Shown one piece after another: positions 15,557 through 24,540 of a stretch of DNA of 40,061 nt. Every line of letters begins with the position of its first letter. Position 1 is the first letter of the stretch. The position numbers and the translations under genes were made by a program. Location of the stretch: assembly GCA_045600805.1 (NCBI GenBank), contig JAZRYQ010000020.1, forward strand, positions 1-40,061, read 5' to 3'. The notes under the pieces were generated by a model. That model saw nothing but the letters and a program-made list of their open reading frames with translations. It was not told the DNA's origin and did not search any database. Source of the stretch: Candidatus Alloscillospira sp. GTDB taxonomy: Bacteria > Bacillota > Clostridia > Oscillospirales > Oscillospiraceae.

Positions 15557-18500
15557 TCAACGCTCGTCGATTTCATCATCGGGTTCACGTTCCTCCCGGT
15601 TTTCTTCGGTGCTTCTTTCTTTACTTTCGGGAGCAGAACCGTCGTCCTCTTTTTCTTCATCAACAAGATCGTTTTCGCGCTTGTCCATGTCAAGCTCGGA
15701 GTTGAGTTCATCGAGCCGTTTCATTTTGGCTTCCAGTTCTTCTTCCCTCGGGAACGGTGCTTCGACTTCTGCCTTTGCGTTTTCTATCTGCTTGTGCAGT
15801 TCGGCAAGCTGATCCCTACAGTTTTCAAGCTTCACGGAAAACGACTCAATCATATTGTCAAGACGGGTAATGATACCGTTTGCATCCTGTCCGAGTGAAA
15901 CCTTATGACTCAAAGTACCTTTCAGGTACACAAAGAACTCATGTCCTATCGTATCAAAGCCGATGTCCATTTTGAATCCTCTGTACTCTCCAAGTGGACG
16001 AGGGTCGGGGCTTGTGATCTTCTTACAGATTTCAAGTATTGCTTTACCTGCGTCCGCCTTGACGGTGATTTGCTGTCCCATAACCGTCATCGGTGAAAAG
16101 CCCTTATCATCTTCAAAGGTGTTCTCTTTGGCTCTTTGAATATCTGCCTCGTAACCTGCAATGCGTTCTTCTTTTGCCGAAACCTCTCTCGGATATTCCT
16201 TGAGGAGCTTATCTTCAAGCATATACCTTTGAGACAAGTGTGAGGACTTCTGTAACTTGAGTTTAGCAACGTCCGCGTCAAGCTGCATCTTCTCCATGAT
16301 CTTCGGGTTGCCCGTAGCCAGTGCTTTTATCTCTGCATAGGACAGAGCCGTATCGTCTACGTCCTCCGCACATCGAACCGGGGATTTACTCGTCATGATC
16401 TGCGAAATAAACTTCTGCTTGGATTCAAGCAACTGGTACATATACGCATCGAAGGTTCCTTCGGTGATATATCTGTAAATCTCGACTTCCGGGTTGGAGT
16501 TGCCCTGACGCACAATTCGTCCGAGCCGTTGTTCAAGGTCGGAGGGACGCCAGGGGCAATCAAGGTCATGGAGTGCGATCAAGCGTTCCTGCACATTCGT
16601 GCCGGCTCCCATTTTGAAGGTACTGCCCATGAGCACTCTCACCTGTCCGCTTCTCACCTTTGCAAACAAGTCTTTCTTCTTTACATCGGTATCCGCATCG
16701 TGAATAAATGCAATTTCTTGTTCCGGAATACCCTCGGAAATGAGTTTTTTCCGGATATCGTCGTACACGCTGAACTTGCCATCGTTATGCGGCGTTGACA
16801 AATCGCAGAACACAAGCTGTGCGGATTTCTGCTCGGAAGTCTTATGCCAGACGTCCACCACATTGCGGACGCATTGGTTGACTTTACTGTCAACGAAGTC
16901 TTCGAGCGTGCTGTTGATAAGCCGCTGATCAAGTGCGGCTTTTCGACCGTCGTTCGTGATGAGAAGCATATTGTCTTCATCGGAGGAAACCATGTGTGCA
17001 TGGACTCTCGCTGCTCTGTCGGCAAAGGACTGCACCAGTTCTTTCTGAATGTCGGAGGAAGGAACCTTTACAACGTGGAAGTTTGCTTTCGGGACAGGGA
17101 GGTTCAGCATATCTGCCGTCTGCACATCTGCGACCTCCTTGAACATTGCCATAAGTTCGGGAATGTTAAAGAATTTGGCAAACCTTGTCTTGGCTCGATA
17201 ACCCGAACCGTCCGGTGCAAGCTCAATTGCCGTTAAGGTTTCACCGAAGGTTGATGCCCACGAGTCGAAATTCGTGAGCCCCTTTTCCTTCATAGCGTCA
17301 TACTGAAGATACTTTTGCATGGTATAAAGCTCGACCATCGTATTGCTGATCGGAGTACCGGTCGCAAAGGTTACGCCCTTCCCGCCTGTCAGTTCGTCAA
17401 GATAGCGGCACTTCATATAAAGGTCACTGCTCTTTTGTGCTTCGGTCTGCGAGATACCTGCGACGTTACGCATCTTGGTGTATGCGGCAAGGTTCTTATA
17501 GAAATGCGCTTCATCCACAAAGAGCCGGTCAACACCGAGTTGCTCAAAGGTAACGACGTCATCCTTTCGGCTTCGGTCGTTGAGCTTGTCGAGCTTCTGT
17601 TGAAGTTGCTTTTTGGTTTTCTCCAACTGCTTGATTGTGAATCGCTCTCCGCGTTCATGCTTGAGCGTTTCAATGCTTTCCATGACCTCTTCTATCTCCG
17701 CCTGAATCATTTGCGTCTGCCGTTCAATCGACATCGGGATCTTTTCAAACTGAGAGTGACCGATAATGACGGCATCGTAATCGCCAGTTGCGATTCTCGC
17801 ACAGAATTTCTTACGGTTCTTCGTTTCAAAATCTTTCTTCGTGGCAACAAGGATATTGGCACTCGGATAGAGTTGCAGGTACTCACTTGCCCACTGAGAA
17901 ATAAGGTGGTTCGGGACAACGAACATACTCTTGGAACACAGTCCGATACGCTTCTGCTCCTGTGCGGCGGCAACCATCGTAAAGGTTTTGCCGGCACCGA
18001 CAACATGAGCCAGTAACGTATTGCCTCCGTACATAATACGGGCTACTGCGTCTACCTGATGGTCGCGCAATTTGATTTCCGGCGACATCCCGTAGAATTG
18101 AATGTGTTTACCGCTGTACTCACGGGGACGGATGCTGTTGAACTTTTCGTTGTAGAGCGTACAGAGCCGGTCACGCCGCGCCGGATCTTTCCAGATCCAT
18201 TCTTCAAACTTACGGCGAATCTCTTCCTGCTTGCCCTGTGCAATGGTGGTTTCCTTTTTATTGAGCACCGGCTTTTTGTTGCCGTGTTCATCCTCCACAT
18301 AATCAAACACCCGCACATCCTTGAGGTTCAACGAATCCTCGATGATGTTATAGGCATTGGCTCGTCCTGTTCCGAATACGCTCGTGGCTTTGACGTTGAA
18401 TCGGTCATAGGTCTTATCCGTAATCTGCCACTGTCCGGTGATCGGCTCAAACTTCACTTGAATCCGATACTTGTAATAGTACGGCGTTCCGAGCAATTCA

Positions 18501-21500
18501 TAGACAAACGCCTGAATATCCTCGGGTGGAATCCATGTTGCCCCAAGCCGTACACCGATTTCCGCCGCCGACAAATCCTTTGGCTGTACCTTTTCCAGTG
18601 CTTCAACATTGTCTTTGTAATCATCGGGATATTGTTCGGCACTGCGTCGTGCGACCGCAAGTTTTTCACGGACATTGCCCGACAGGTATTCGTCGGCGGG
18701 CAGATACTTCGGTGTCTTATCGTTGCCGAAGCCGTACAGGGGATTGAGGAAAATGACACCCTTGAGGTCATCAAAGATTTCATCTTCACTCTTTCCGGTC
18801 AGTTCCATCATATAGTCCATATCCACAAACGCTCTCTCACCGAGGGAAACAGCCAGTGCTTCACTTGCCGTATCGGTTTTCTCAACCGATAACTTCGGCT
18901 TGATCGTCCGCTTGGTAAAGATGTCTGCTTTTTCTTTGAGATTTCCTTCCTCGTCAAGCTTTTCAAGAGAACACAAGAGGAAGTAGGCATTATCATCATC
19001 GAATACGGATGCGTTGCCACGGCTGCCCAAGAGCCCGTATTTCGCGGTAAACTTATCGTACTGCTCATTGAGCTTCTGTTGCAGAGCGTGTACCGAACTG
19101 TCGGGATAGTTTTCAAGCTGCGCGTCGATCAGTTCACGAACCGTATCCCGAATGGCTATCATACCCTTGATTCTGTTCTCGCCTGTTGCCGTTGTCTCCA
19201 CCGGCTTCATCATACTGTTCTCGCGGTAATATATCTTACCGTTCACAACTGTGTATGAGAAATTCCGCACATTCGGATCGGCGGGGATCATGCCATCCGC
19301 TTCTTCTCCTGTCAGTTCTTCGGTTTGGATTTCATCAATCTCGGCATGAATATTCGCAACTGCTTCTGCCAGAAGGTCTTCCAGCTTCTCGTCTTCAAAA
19401 GGTCGGCAGCTTGACTGCGGACCGAATGGTCCCGAAACCATTTCCATATTGCCGAGGATCATTTCGGGATGGTCGATAAAGTATTGGTTCATCTCGATCC
19501 CGTTTGCATCGACTCCGAGGTGACACCAATCGGGATCGCATTCGATCACCCTGTCCCGCTTCTGGAGGAAGATGATATCGGCTACCGCTTCCGTTCCGGC
19601 GTTTGCTTTGAATGTGTTGTCGGGAAGTCTGATCGCTCCGAGAAAATCTGCTCTTGCGGCGATATACTTACGCACAGAAGCGTTCTGCTTGTCCATTGTG
19701 CCTTTACTGGTGATAAAGGCGATCACGCCACCGGGGCGTACTTGGTCAAGTGCCTTTCCGAAGAAGTAATCGTGAATGAGGAAGTTGTGCTTGTCGTATT
19801 TCTTATCCTGCACCTTAAACTGACCGAACGGCACGTTGCCGATTGCCACATCGAAGAAGCTATCCGGGAAGGAAGTGTTTTCAAAACCGCTGACCGTGAT
19901 GTTCTGCTTTTGATATAACTGCTGTGCAATACGTCCACTTATCGAATCAAGTTCGACACCGTAGAAGCGGGATTCGCTCATTGACTCGGGAACAAGTCCC
20001 ATAAAGTTGCCGACACCGCAGGACGGTTCAAGGATATTGCCACGGGTAAAGCCCATATTTGAAAGTGCCTTGTAGATTCCGTTGATCACGACAGGCGGCG
20101 TGTAAAATGCCGTCAGCGTGCTTTCTCTTGCGGCGGCATATTCGTCTTCGGTAAGCAGTTCTTTCAGTTCCGAATAGTGCGGACTGTCTTCTTCAAAACA
20201 ATCTGCAAGGCTGCCCCAGCCAACGTAACCGGCAAGGATTTTCTGCTCATTTTCATCGGCGAGTCTGTCTTCGCTTTCCAGTTTTTTCAACAGTCGAATG
20301 GCATCGACGTTTGCCTGATACTTCTCTACCGCTTTAAATGCAGTACCTTCATAGTCCGCCGTCTGAATACGGTAATCAAGCTTTTCGTCATACGGCACTT
20401 CCGGATGGAAAGCCGTAATCGCTTTTTTCGGCTTCGGCTTTTCTTCCTGCATGGTCGGCATTTCAGAGAATTCTTCGTCAGCGTCGGGCGCATTGCCCGG
20501 AAACATCCGGTATCCGTCTGCTCCTAACTCTGCTTCATATACGTCGCCCGCCTTCTCTGCTTCAAGATTTGAAATATAAGTTTCGATCTCACGGTCAATC
20601 TTATTGAGGTTTTCGGGAGTAAATTCCACATAGTCCGGCTCTGTTTCAAAGGTAGCCATCGCTTGCGTAAAATACGGTGTCCGTTCATTGGCAAGCTCAC
20701 AATCCGCCATCTCGCTGATACTCTCCACGAAAGCGTCAAGCTGTTCGCTGTCGGCAAAATCCCCCTCGTGACTTACAAAATCATCATACGCTTCTTTGAA
20801 AACGGAGAATGCGAGAGTGCTTGTAACAAACTGTCCGCCATCGGTTGCGTCCGGATTGTAATAAATCCAATAGAGTTCTTCTTTCGTTGAATCAAGGAAA
20901 ATGTGCGTTTCGTCGGAGATATTGGTTTTCGACTCTTTGATGGAAGACCAATACGCTTCAAGCGAATCGTAGATGTCAATTCGATAATCGGCTTCCGTCA
21001 ACTGTCTCAGGTATTTTTCCTGTACATGATTCGGAATACCGCACATCGGAACACGCTCGCCGTTTTCCATCTGCCTTGTTGTCAGCGTCAATCCGAGAAG
21101 ATTTGCGGCAGCTTGAGCTTCTTCACCGAGAAATTCAAGGAAGTCACCGACTATAACGGCTTTGATCCTCTTGATTTCCTTCTTCGGCTCATCCATTACC
21201 TCTGCTGTCGGCAGTTCAATCGGCTCGTGATAAATGAATGACTCATTCAACGGGTTCTCTTTGACACGACGGACAAACACATCAAGCGGCATTTCCATCG
21301 GGATCAGTGTGCCGTCAAACAACGATACTTCACCGTTTGTCGCCGACATCAACTGCACTTCGTCTTTCCCGATATGGAGCCAATCGCCGAGCTTCATGTC
21401 CAAACCGTGCTTTTTGAAATCCACATCGACCGTCGGCTCTTCCGCCGCAGGTTCTGCGGCTCGCAAAGCGATTTGCTCTCCCGGCTCGGGCTTGTGCTTT

Positions 21501-24448
21501 CTGTAAGACGAATGCGGGAACAGATCATACTTTCCGTTATCGAACTTGATAAGGTCTTCAAGAACCTTTTTATCATGATCGTAATATCTGCTACCCGGCA
21601 TTTCGCTGTCGAACACTTCCTGCATGGAAGCAATCAACTCACGGAGTTTTTCCTTGTCCTCCAGAAGAGGGATAATCTCTTCGGTTTTATCCTCAAAGAA
21701 GCTGTCCTTTTCCATGCTGAACGGTCTTGCCACATCTGACGGTTTTCCCGAATAGAAGCCCTGCACTCCCTGTGCAAGGATCGACAGTTCGTACCGGTCA
21801 AGCGATGCCGCTTCTTTCGGAGTCAGGTATCTGTTCTCTTTTATAAGAGCCGCGATGCGATTGGCAACCTGTGTCCAACTCATAAGAATGTCCCTGTGAT
21901 CAAACTTGTCAAGTCCGCCGGCAATCGCCAAGCCCTTCCCGTCGTGGTTTTCATTCACTCGTGAAGTGGAAGATCCGCCGATTCCATATTCGTTTGACAG
22001 GAACTTGGCTCTTTCCCCGTTGTCCTTGTGGTTAAGAAAAAAAGAGTAAATACGGTACTTTCCCTCGCTGATACTGCTGCCTTGCCGAATCAGATTGTTA
22101 TCAATCTGGTCTTGCGAGAGATAGTGTTCGGGAGGAAGTACATATTCTTCCTGCGGGTACTCCATCGGATCTCTGCGGTAACTGTTGACAAGCATCTTGA
22201 CAAACTGCGGCGTATATCCGTCCCGTCTGCGCGGATTCTCTGTCATTTCATCTACTGCCTTTTCAAAAGCCGGAATGAACTGTTCGGCTCTTTCCGGTTT
22301 ATTCAAGGTCGCATAAAAAGAAACCACCTGCTCCGGATACCCATTATCTGTCGGTTCAAACGGAAGCTTGGCATCCCGGAAGAAATCCCTGTAAACATTG
22401 GTCAGCCGTTCAGCAACGTCCTTGTTGTAGATACCGATTGCCCTCGGCACATCATCTTTGGAGATATACTGACCGAGTTCGATCAGTTGTCGGATACGGC
22501 TATCCATCTCCGCCCATGTGAGCGTTGACGTTCTCCATGCCTTTGCCACACTGTCGCCGGTTGAGAAAGTAACGCCGTCCTCATTCCATGACACCGCACA
22601 TTTCTGCCCGTTGACGATCAATCCAACAGCGTCGCTTTCATATTCGGCACGGAGATAACGGATATTTTCCTCCTGATTGTTTGCTCGGAGATAATACCCA
22701 TATATACGGTAGTTGCTGTTTTTCGTGCAACCGCCGAGACGAAGAAAACCGTCAATGACCTCCTGCGAAACGCAGAGATCTGTCCGGGGTTTCGGTGCAT
22801 CAATCGGCTTTGGCTTTTCAACTACAACTTCTGTCGGCTTTTCTTCTTTCAAGTCCGGCATCTTTTCTACTTTGGGATCAAGGTAGTTATTATCCTTGAT
22901 CAGTGCTTCGATCAGCGTTCTGGTCAAGTCCCAACTGAATGTCGCACTTGCTGACGGGTTCAGGAAAGTGCCACGAAATAAATGAAGACCGTCATCAAAA
23001 AGTCCGCTGTATCCGAGATAATCATCTTTGTTTTCATCTTTCCAAAAACTGATTGTGGCTTTCGGGAAGCACTCCCGGATATAATCGTTCTTTCTCTGCT
23101 CATTCTTTTCCCCGGACAGAAAAAGCACAATGTCTTCCTTACTGTGCGTAAGGTCATCACTGTGCTTTAAGATTTTGATCATTTCCTCCGGCAAAAGGAA
23201 TGCGGGAGGTTCTTCTTTTTGTGGCTCGTCGGTTATGCGTAAATATGATTTATTTAACAATAAATCAGTTCGCTCAGAACCGTCTCCTCCGCCGAAGCTT
23301 TGATGTTGTTCATCTCCTGTACCCACAGCATCTGATCCTTGGCTTTCAGCGATTCGTTGATCCCACGGCTCGTCGCCATTTGGTTCATAAGGCGCGAAAG
23401 CATCGTCTTCGCCTCCAGGTCGATCTTGTGCAGATACTCGTTCAGGCGGAACTGCGTCAGAAGCGTCGTATAGGTTCCCTTCCGGTGTTCCTTGATGAAT
23501 TGCAGTCTCAGGTCGCCGTACTTCCCGATTGGGTAATTCGTCTGCTCCGGCACTTTCAGTTCGGGATACAGCATCCCGTCTGTCCCCTCGCGGTAAGTCA
23601 GATTCAGTTTTTCCATATTCTTGTCCTCCTTGATCGGTAGTTTTTTCTTTTTCAGCACTATTGTATTCCTTTTCTTTTTTCTCGTCAAATGTGCGAATTT
23701 CTTTTTCGCAGTTTTTGACCGTTCGCTCAATATCCCGCAAAACCACCTGTGCAATATCGCTTGTCGCATTACCGAGCAGGTTAATGGTTTCGGGGGTGTC
23801 GAACTCCCACAGACTGTCAAAGTCCACATCCCCAAGGTACAGATCTGCGTCAGCCCCCAGTCTCGTCAACACCGTATAGGCAACGCTGATTCCAAGCAAC
23901 GGCTGAAATCTTGCACGGATATTATCCTCATCAAGCCCCTCAAGGTTACTGTTTTCTGTAAGTGAGAGCAGATCAGCCATATAGTCGGTCATGTTATCCT
24001 GTACCGCATTTCTGCAAGCGGATTCTACGGCAATAAAGAATTCGTCTGTGTCTTCCAGTTCGCCGAAACGGTTTTCCAGAGAATCAAGAACATCGTCTTT
24101 GTATTCGTCTTTGAGCTTCCACAGGTTCAACTGTTCGCCGTGACGACCGTGGGTATCCGCCACGTCGAAGACATAGCGGATACCGGTGTACGTGCCTTTG
24201 TCCTGAATCAATGCAATCCCCTTTGCGTTTCGATTTACCCATCGGTCAAAGGTTTTATTCCACATTTCAAGTTCGGCACATGCGGTTGCATTCGGACGCT
24301 GAGCAAAAATGAGAACCTGATCGGAAAAAGGATACTTATACTGAAATGCCGCCGTTTTTAAGAAGCCGCACCATGTTTCAAGCGTATCCGTTAAGATACC
24401 AAGCTGACGGTCATATACTTCTCGAATCAAGTCTATTTTTCTCGGCAT
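15557..24448 (-). CDS. Giant polyvalent protein (2963 aa): ArdC-N-like, duplicated unknown domain, MutS-domain-I-like, N6-adenine DNA methyltransferase, SNF2/DEAD-like helicase, coiled-coil acidic tail
   Basis: Single uninterrupted ORF. Motifs located on the DNA: MTase motif I EPSCGVGNFMG (19998..20029), motif IV GNVPFG (19823..19840); helicase Walker A VVGAGKTF (17981..18004), DEAH VDEAHFYKN (17492..17518), motif VI QRLGRIVRQG (16501..16530). Confidence 0.9.
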   Translation of the reverse strand: MPRKIDLIREVYDRQLGILTDTLETWCGFLKTAAFQYKYPFSDQVLIFAQRPNATACAELEMWNKTFDRWVNRNAKGIALIQDKGTYTGIRYVFDVADTHGRHGEQLNLWKLKDEYKDDVLDSLENRFGELEDTDEFFIAVESACRNAVQDNMTDYMADLLSLTENSNLEGLDEDNIRARFQPLLGISVAYTVLTRLGADADLYLGDVDFDSLWEFDTPETINLLGNATSDIAQVVLRDIERTVKNCEKEIRTFDEKKEKEYNSAEKEKTTDQGGQEYGKTESDLPRGDRRDAVSRTESAGADELPNREVRRPETAIHQGTPEGNLYDASDAVPPERVSAQDRPGGEDDAFAPYEPNGDEPWDQRIAESQGSDAVGTGDEQHQSFGGGDGSERTDLLLNKSYLRITDEPQKEEPPAFLLPEEMIKILKHSDDLTHSKEDIVLFLSGEKNEQRKNDYIRECFPKATISFWKDENKDDYLGYSGLFDDGLHLFRGTFLNPSASATFSWDLTRTLIEALIKDNNYLDPKVEKMPDLKEEKPTEVVVEKPKPIDAPKPRTDLCVSQEVIDGFLRLGGCTKNSNYRIYGYYLRANNQEENIRYLRAEYESDAVGLIVNGQKCAVSWNEDGVTFSTGDSVAKAWRTSTLTWAEMDSRIRQLIELGQYISKDDVPRAIGIYNKDVAERLTNVYRDFFRDAKLPFEPTDNGYPEQVVSFYATLNKPERAEQFIPAFEKAVDEMTENPRRRDGYTPQFVKMLVNSYRRDPMEYPQEEYVLPPEHYLSQDQIDNNLIRQGSSISEGKYRIYSFFLNHKDNGERAKFLSNEYGIGGSSTSRVNENHDGKGLAIAGGLDKFDHRDILMSWTQVANRIAALIKENRYLTPKEAASLDRYELSILAQGVQGFYSGKPSDVARPFSMEKDSFFEDKTEEIIPLLEDKEKLRELIASMQEVFDSEMPGSRYYDHDKKVLEDLIKFDNGKYDLFPHSSYRKHKPEPGEQIALRAAEPAAEEPTVDVDFKKHGLDMKLGDWLHIGKDEVQLMSATNGEVSLFDGTLIPMEMPLDVFVRRVKENPLNESFIYHEPIELPTAEVMDEPKKEIKRIKAVIVGDFLEFLGEEAQAAANLLGLTLTTRQMENGERVPMCGIPNHVQEKYLRQLTEADYRIDIYDSLEAYWSSIKESKTNISDETHIFLDSTKEELYWIYYNPDATDGGQFVTSTLAFSVFKEAYDDFVSHEGDFADSEQLDAFVESISEMADCELANERTPYFTQAMATFETEPDYVEFTPENLNKIDREIETYISNLEAEKAGDVYEAELGADGYRMFPGNAPDADEEFSEMPTMQEEKPKPKKAITAFHPEVPYDEKLDYRIQTADYEGTAFKAVEKYQANVDAIRLLKKLESEDRLADENEQKILAGYVGWGSLADCFEEDSPHYSELKELLTEDEYAAARESTLTAFYTPPVVINGIYKALSNMGFTRGNILEPSCGVGNFMGLVPESMSESRFYGVELDSISGRIAQQLYQKQNITVSGFENTSFPDSFFDVAIGNVPFGQFKVQDKKYDKHNFLIHDYFFGKALDQVRPGGVIAFITSKGTMDKQNASVRKYIAARADFLGAIRLPDNTFKANAGTEAVADIIFLQKRDRVIECDPDWCHLGVDANGIEMNQYFIDHPEMILGNMEMVSGPFGPQSSCRPFEDEKLEDLLAEAVANIHAEIDEIQTEELTGEEADGMIPADPNVRNFSYTVVNGKIYYRENSMMKPVETTATGENRIKGMIAIRDTVRELIDAQLENYPDSSVHALQQKLNEQYDKFTAKYGLLGSRGNASVFDDDNAYFLLCSLEKLDEEGNLKEKADIFTKRTIKPKLSVEKTDTASEALAVSLGERAFVDMDYMMELTGKSEDEIFDDLKGVIFLNPLYGFGNDKTPKYLPADEYLSGNVREKLAVARRSAEQYPDDYKDNVEALEKVQPKDLSAAEIGVRLGATWIPPEDIQAFVYELLGTPYYYKYRIQVKFEPITGQWQITDKTYDRFNVKATSVFGTGRANAYNIIEDSLNLKDVRVFDYVEDEHGNKKPVLNKKETTIAQGKQEEIRRKFEEWIWKDPARRDRLCTLYNEKFNSIRPREYSGKHIQFYGMSPEIKLRDHQVDAVARIMYGGNTLLAHVVGAGKTFTMVAAAQEQKRIGLCSKSMFVVPNHLISQWASEYLQLYPSANILVATKKDFETKNRKKFCARIATGDYDAVIIGHSQFEKIPMSIERQTQMIQAEIEEVMESIETLKHERGERFTIKQLEKTKKQLQQKLDKLNDRSRKDDVVTFEQLGVDRLFVDEAHFYKNLAAYTKMRNVAGISQTEAQKSSDLYMKCRYLDELTGGKGVTFATGTPISNTMVELYTMQKYLQYDAMKEKGLTNFDSWASTFGETLTAIELAPDGSGYRAKTRFAKFFNIPELMAMFKEVADVQTADMLNLPVPKANFHVVKVPSSDIQKELVQSFADRAARVHAHMVSSDEDNMLLITNDGRKAALDQRLINSTLEDFVDSKVNQCVRNVVDVWHKTSEQKSAQLVFCDLSTPHNDGKFSVYDDIRKKLISEGIPEQEIAFIHDADTDVKKKDLFAKVRSGQVRVLMGSTFKMGAGTNVQERLIALHDLDCPWRPSDLEQRLGRIVRQGNSNPEVEIYRYITEGTFDAYMYQLLESKQKFISQIMTSKSPVRCAEDVDDTALSYAEIKALATGNPKIMEKMQLDADVAKLKLQKSSHLSQRYMLEDKLLKEYPREVSAKEERIAGYEADIQRAKENTFEDDKGFSPMTVMGQQITVKADAGKAILEICKKITSPDPRPLGEYRGFKMDIGFDTIGHEFFVYLKGTLSHKVSLGQDANGIITRLDNMIESFSVKLENCRDQLAELHKQIENAKAEVEAPFPREEELEAKMKRLDELNSELDMDKRENDLVDEEKEDDGSAPESKERSTEENREEREPDDEIDER
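16450..18080 (-). other. SNF2-family helicase core (approximate bounds)
   Basis: Walker A, DEAH and motif VI, as listed for the giant ORF. Confidence 0.8.
19450..20340 (-). other. N6-adenine DNA methyltransferase domain (approximate bounds)
   Basis: SAM-binding motif I (GVGNF) and catalytic motif IV (NVPFG, the NPPY-type variant) in gamma-class order. Confidence 0.8.
20966..21175 (-). other. MutS domain-I-like module within the giant protein
   Basis: IVGDFLEFLGEEAQAAANLLGLTLTTRQMENGERVPMCGIPNHVQEKYLRQLTEADYRIDIYD aligns by eye to E. coli MutS [62 protein letters not shown]. The Phe-x-Glu motif is retained. Confidence 0.6.
23254..23616 (-). CDS. tnpV: TnpV-family protein (120 aa) encoded in the +1 frame inside the giant ORF
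   Basis: AAGGAGG lies 8 nt upstream of the ATG at 23616 and the stop is TAA at 23254. The product MEKLNLTYREGTDGMLYPELKVPEQTNYPIGKYGDLRLQFIKEHRKGTYTTLLTQFRLNEYLHKIDLEAK...SLKAKDQMLWVQEMNNIKASAEETVLSELIYC carries the hallmarks I recall for TnpV (PIGKYG, HR.GTYTTLLT, RLNEYL, WVQEMNN, AEE.VL.E.IY). The overlapping frame of the giant ORF encodes only a low-complexity linker here. Confidence 0.6.
   Translation of the reverse strand: MEKLNLTYREGTDGMLYPELKVPEQTNYPIGKYGDLRLQFIKEHRKGTYTTLLTQFRLNEYLHKIDLEAKTMLSRLMNQMATSRGINESLKAKDQMLWVQEMNNIKASAEETVLSELIYC
23850..24448 (-). other. ArdC-N-like domain of the giant protein (approximate bounds)
   Basis: FSDQVLIFAQRPNATACAELEMWNKTFDRWVNRNAKGIALI. Paralogous to the 9484..10374 product. 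Confidence 0.6.
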
Positions 24449-24469
24449 ATAGGTTTTCTTTTTTTATCG

Positions 24470-24540
24470 GCACTTTGTTTACAAAGTGCGGTGTGAAACC
24501 ATCTGCACAATAGATTGTGATGAGTCTTCATGTTTCACAC
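24470..24540 (-). promoter_or_regulatory. Two-hairpin intergenic element upstream of the giant ORF
   Basis: Minus strand has GTGTGAAAC (24540..24532), a 32-nt spacer beginning ATGAAGA, then GTTTCACAC (24499..24491). A perfect palindrome GCACTTTGT-AA-ACAAAGTGC (24489..24470) follows, then an A-rich leader and the ATG at 24448. Confidence 0.6.

Noticed and set aside
23617-23835. 73-codon N-terminal extension of the TnpV-frame ORF (ORF-track start 23835)
   Set aside because: The translation (MGMWTLTVCGSSTPPKPLTCSV...) has no family resemblance and no SD. The TnpV similarity and the strong SD begin at the ATG at 23616. It is relevant only if a frameshift fusion is produced.
24433-24531. Mini-ORFs of 32 aa here and 27 aa at 39179..39262, considered as the missing Flp pilin or another small protein
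   Set aside because: They are highly basic with no hydrophobic segment, so they are not pilins. The SD-like GGTGA is only 3 nt from the AUG. Their peptide similarity is explained by the conserved nucleotide structure, and a similar ...ICKQISKEK reading also arises at the pcfB hairpin without any start codon. They are kept only as a leader-peptide hypothesis inside the structured-element finding.
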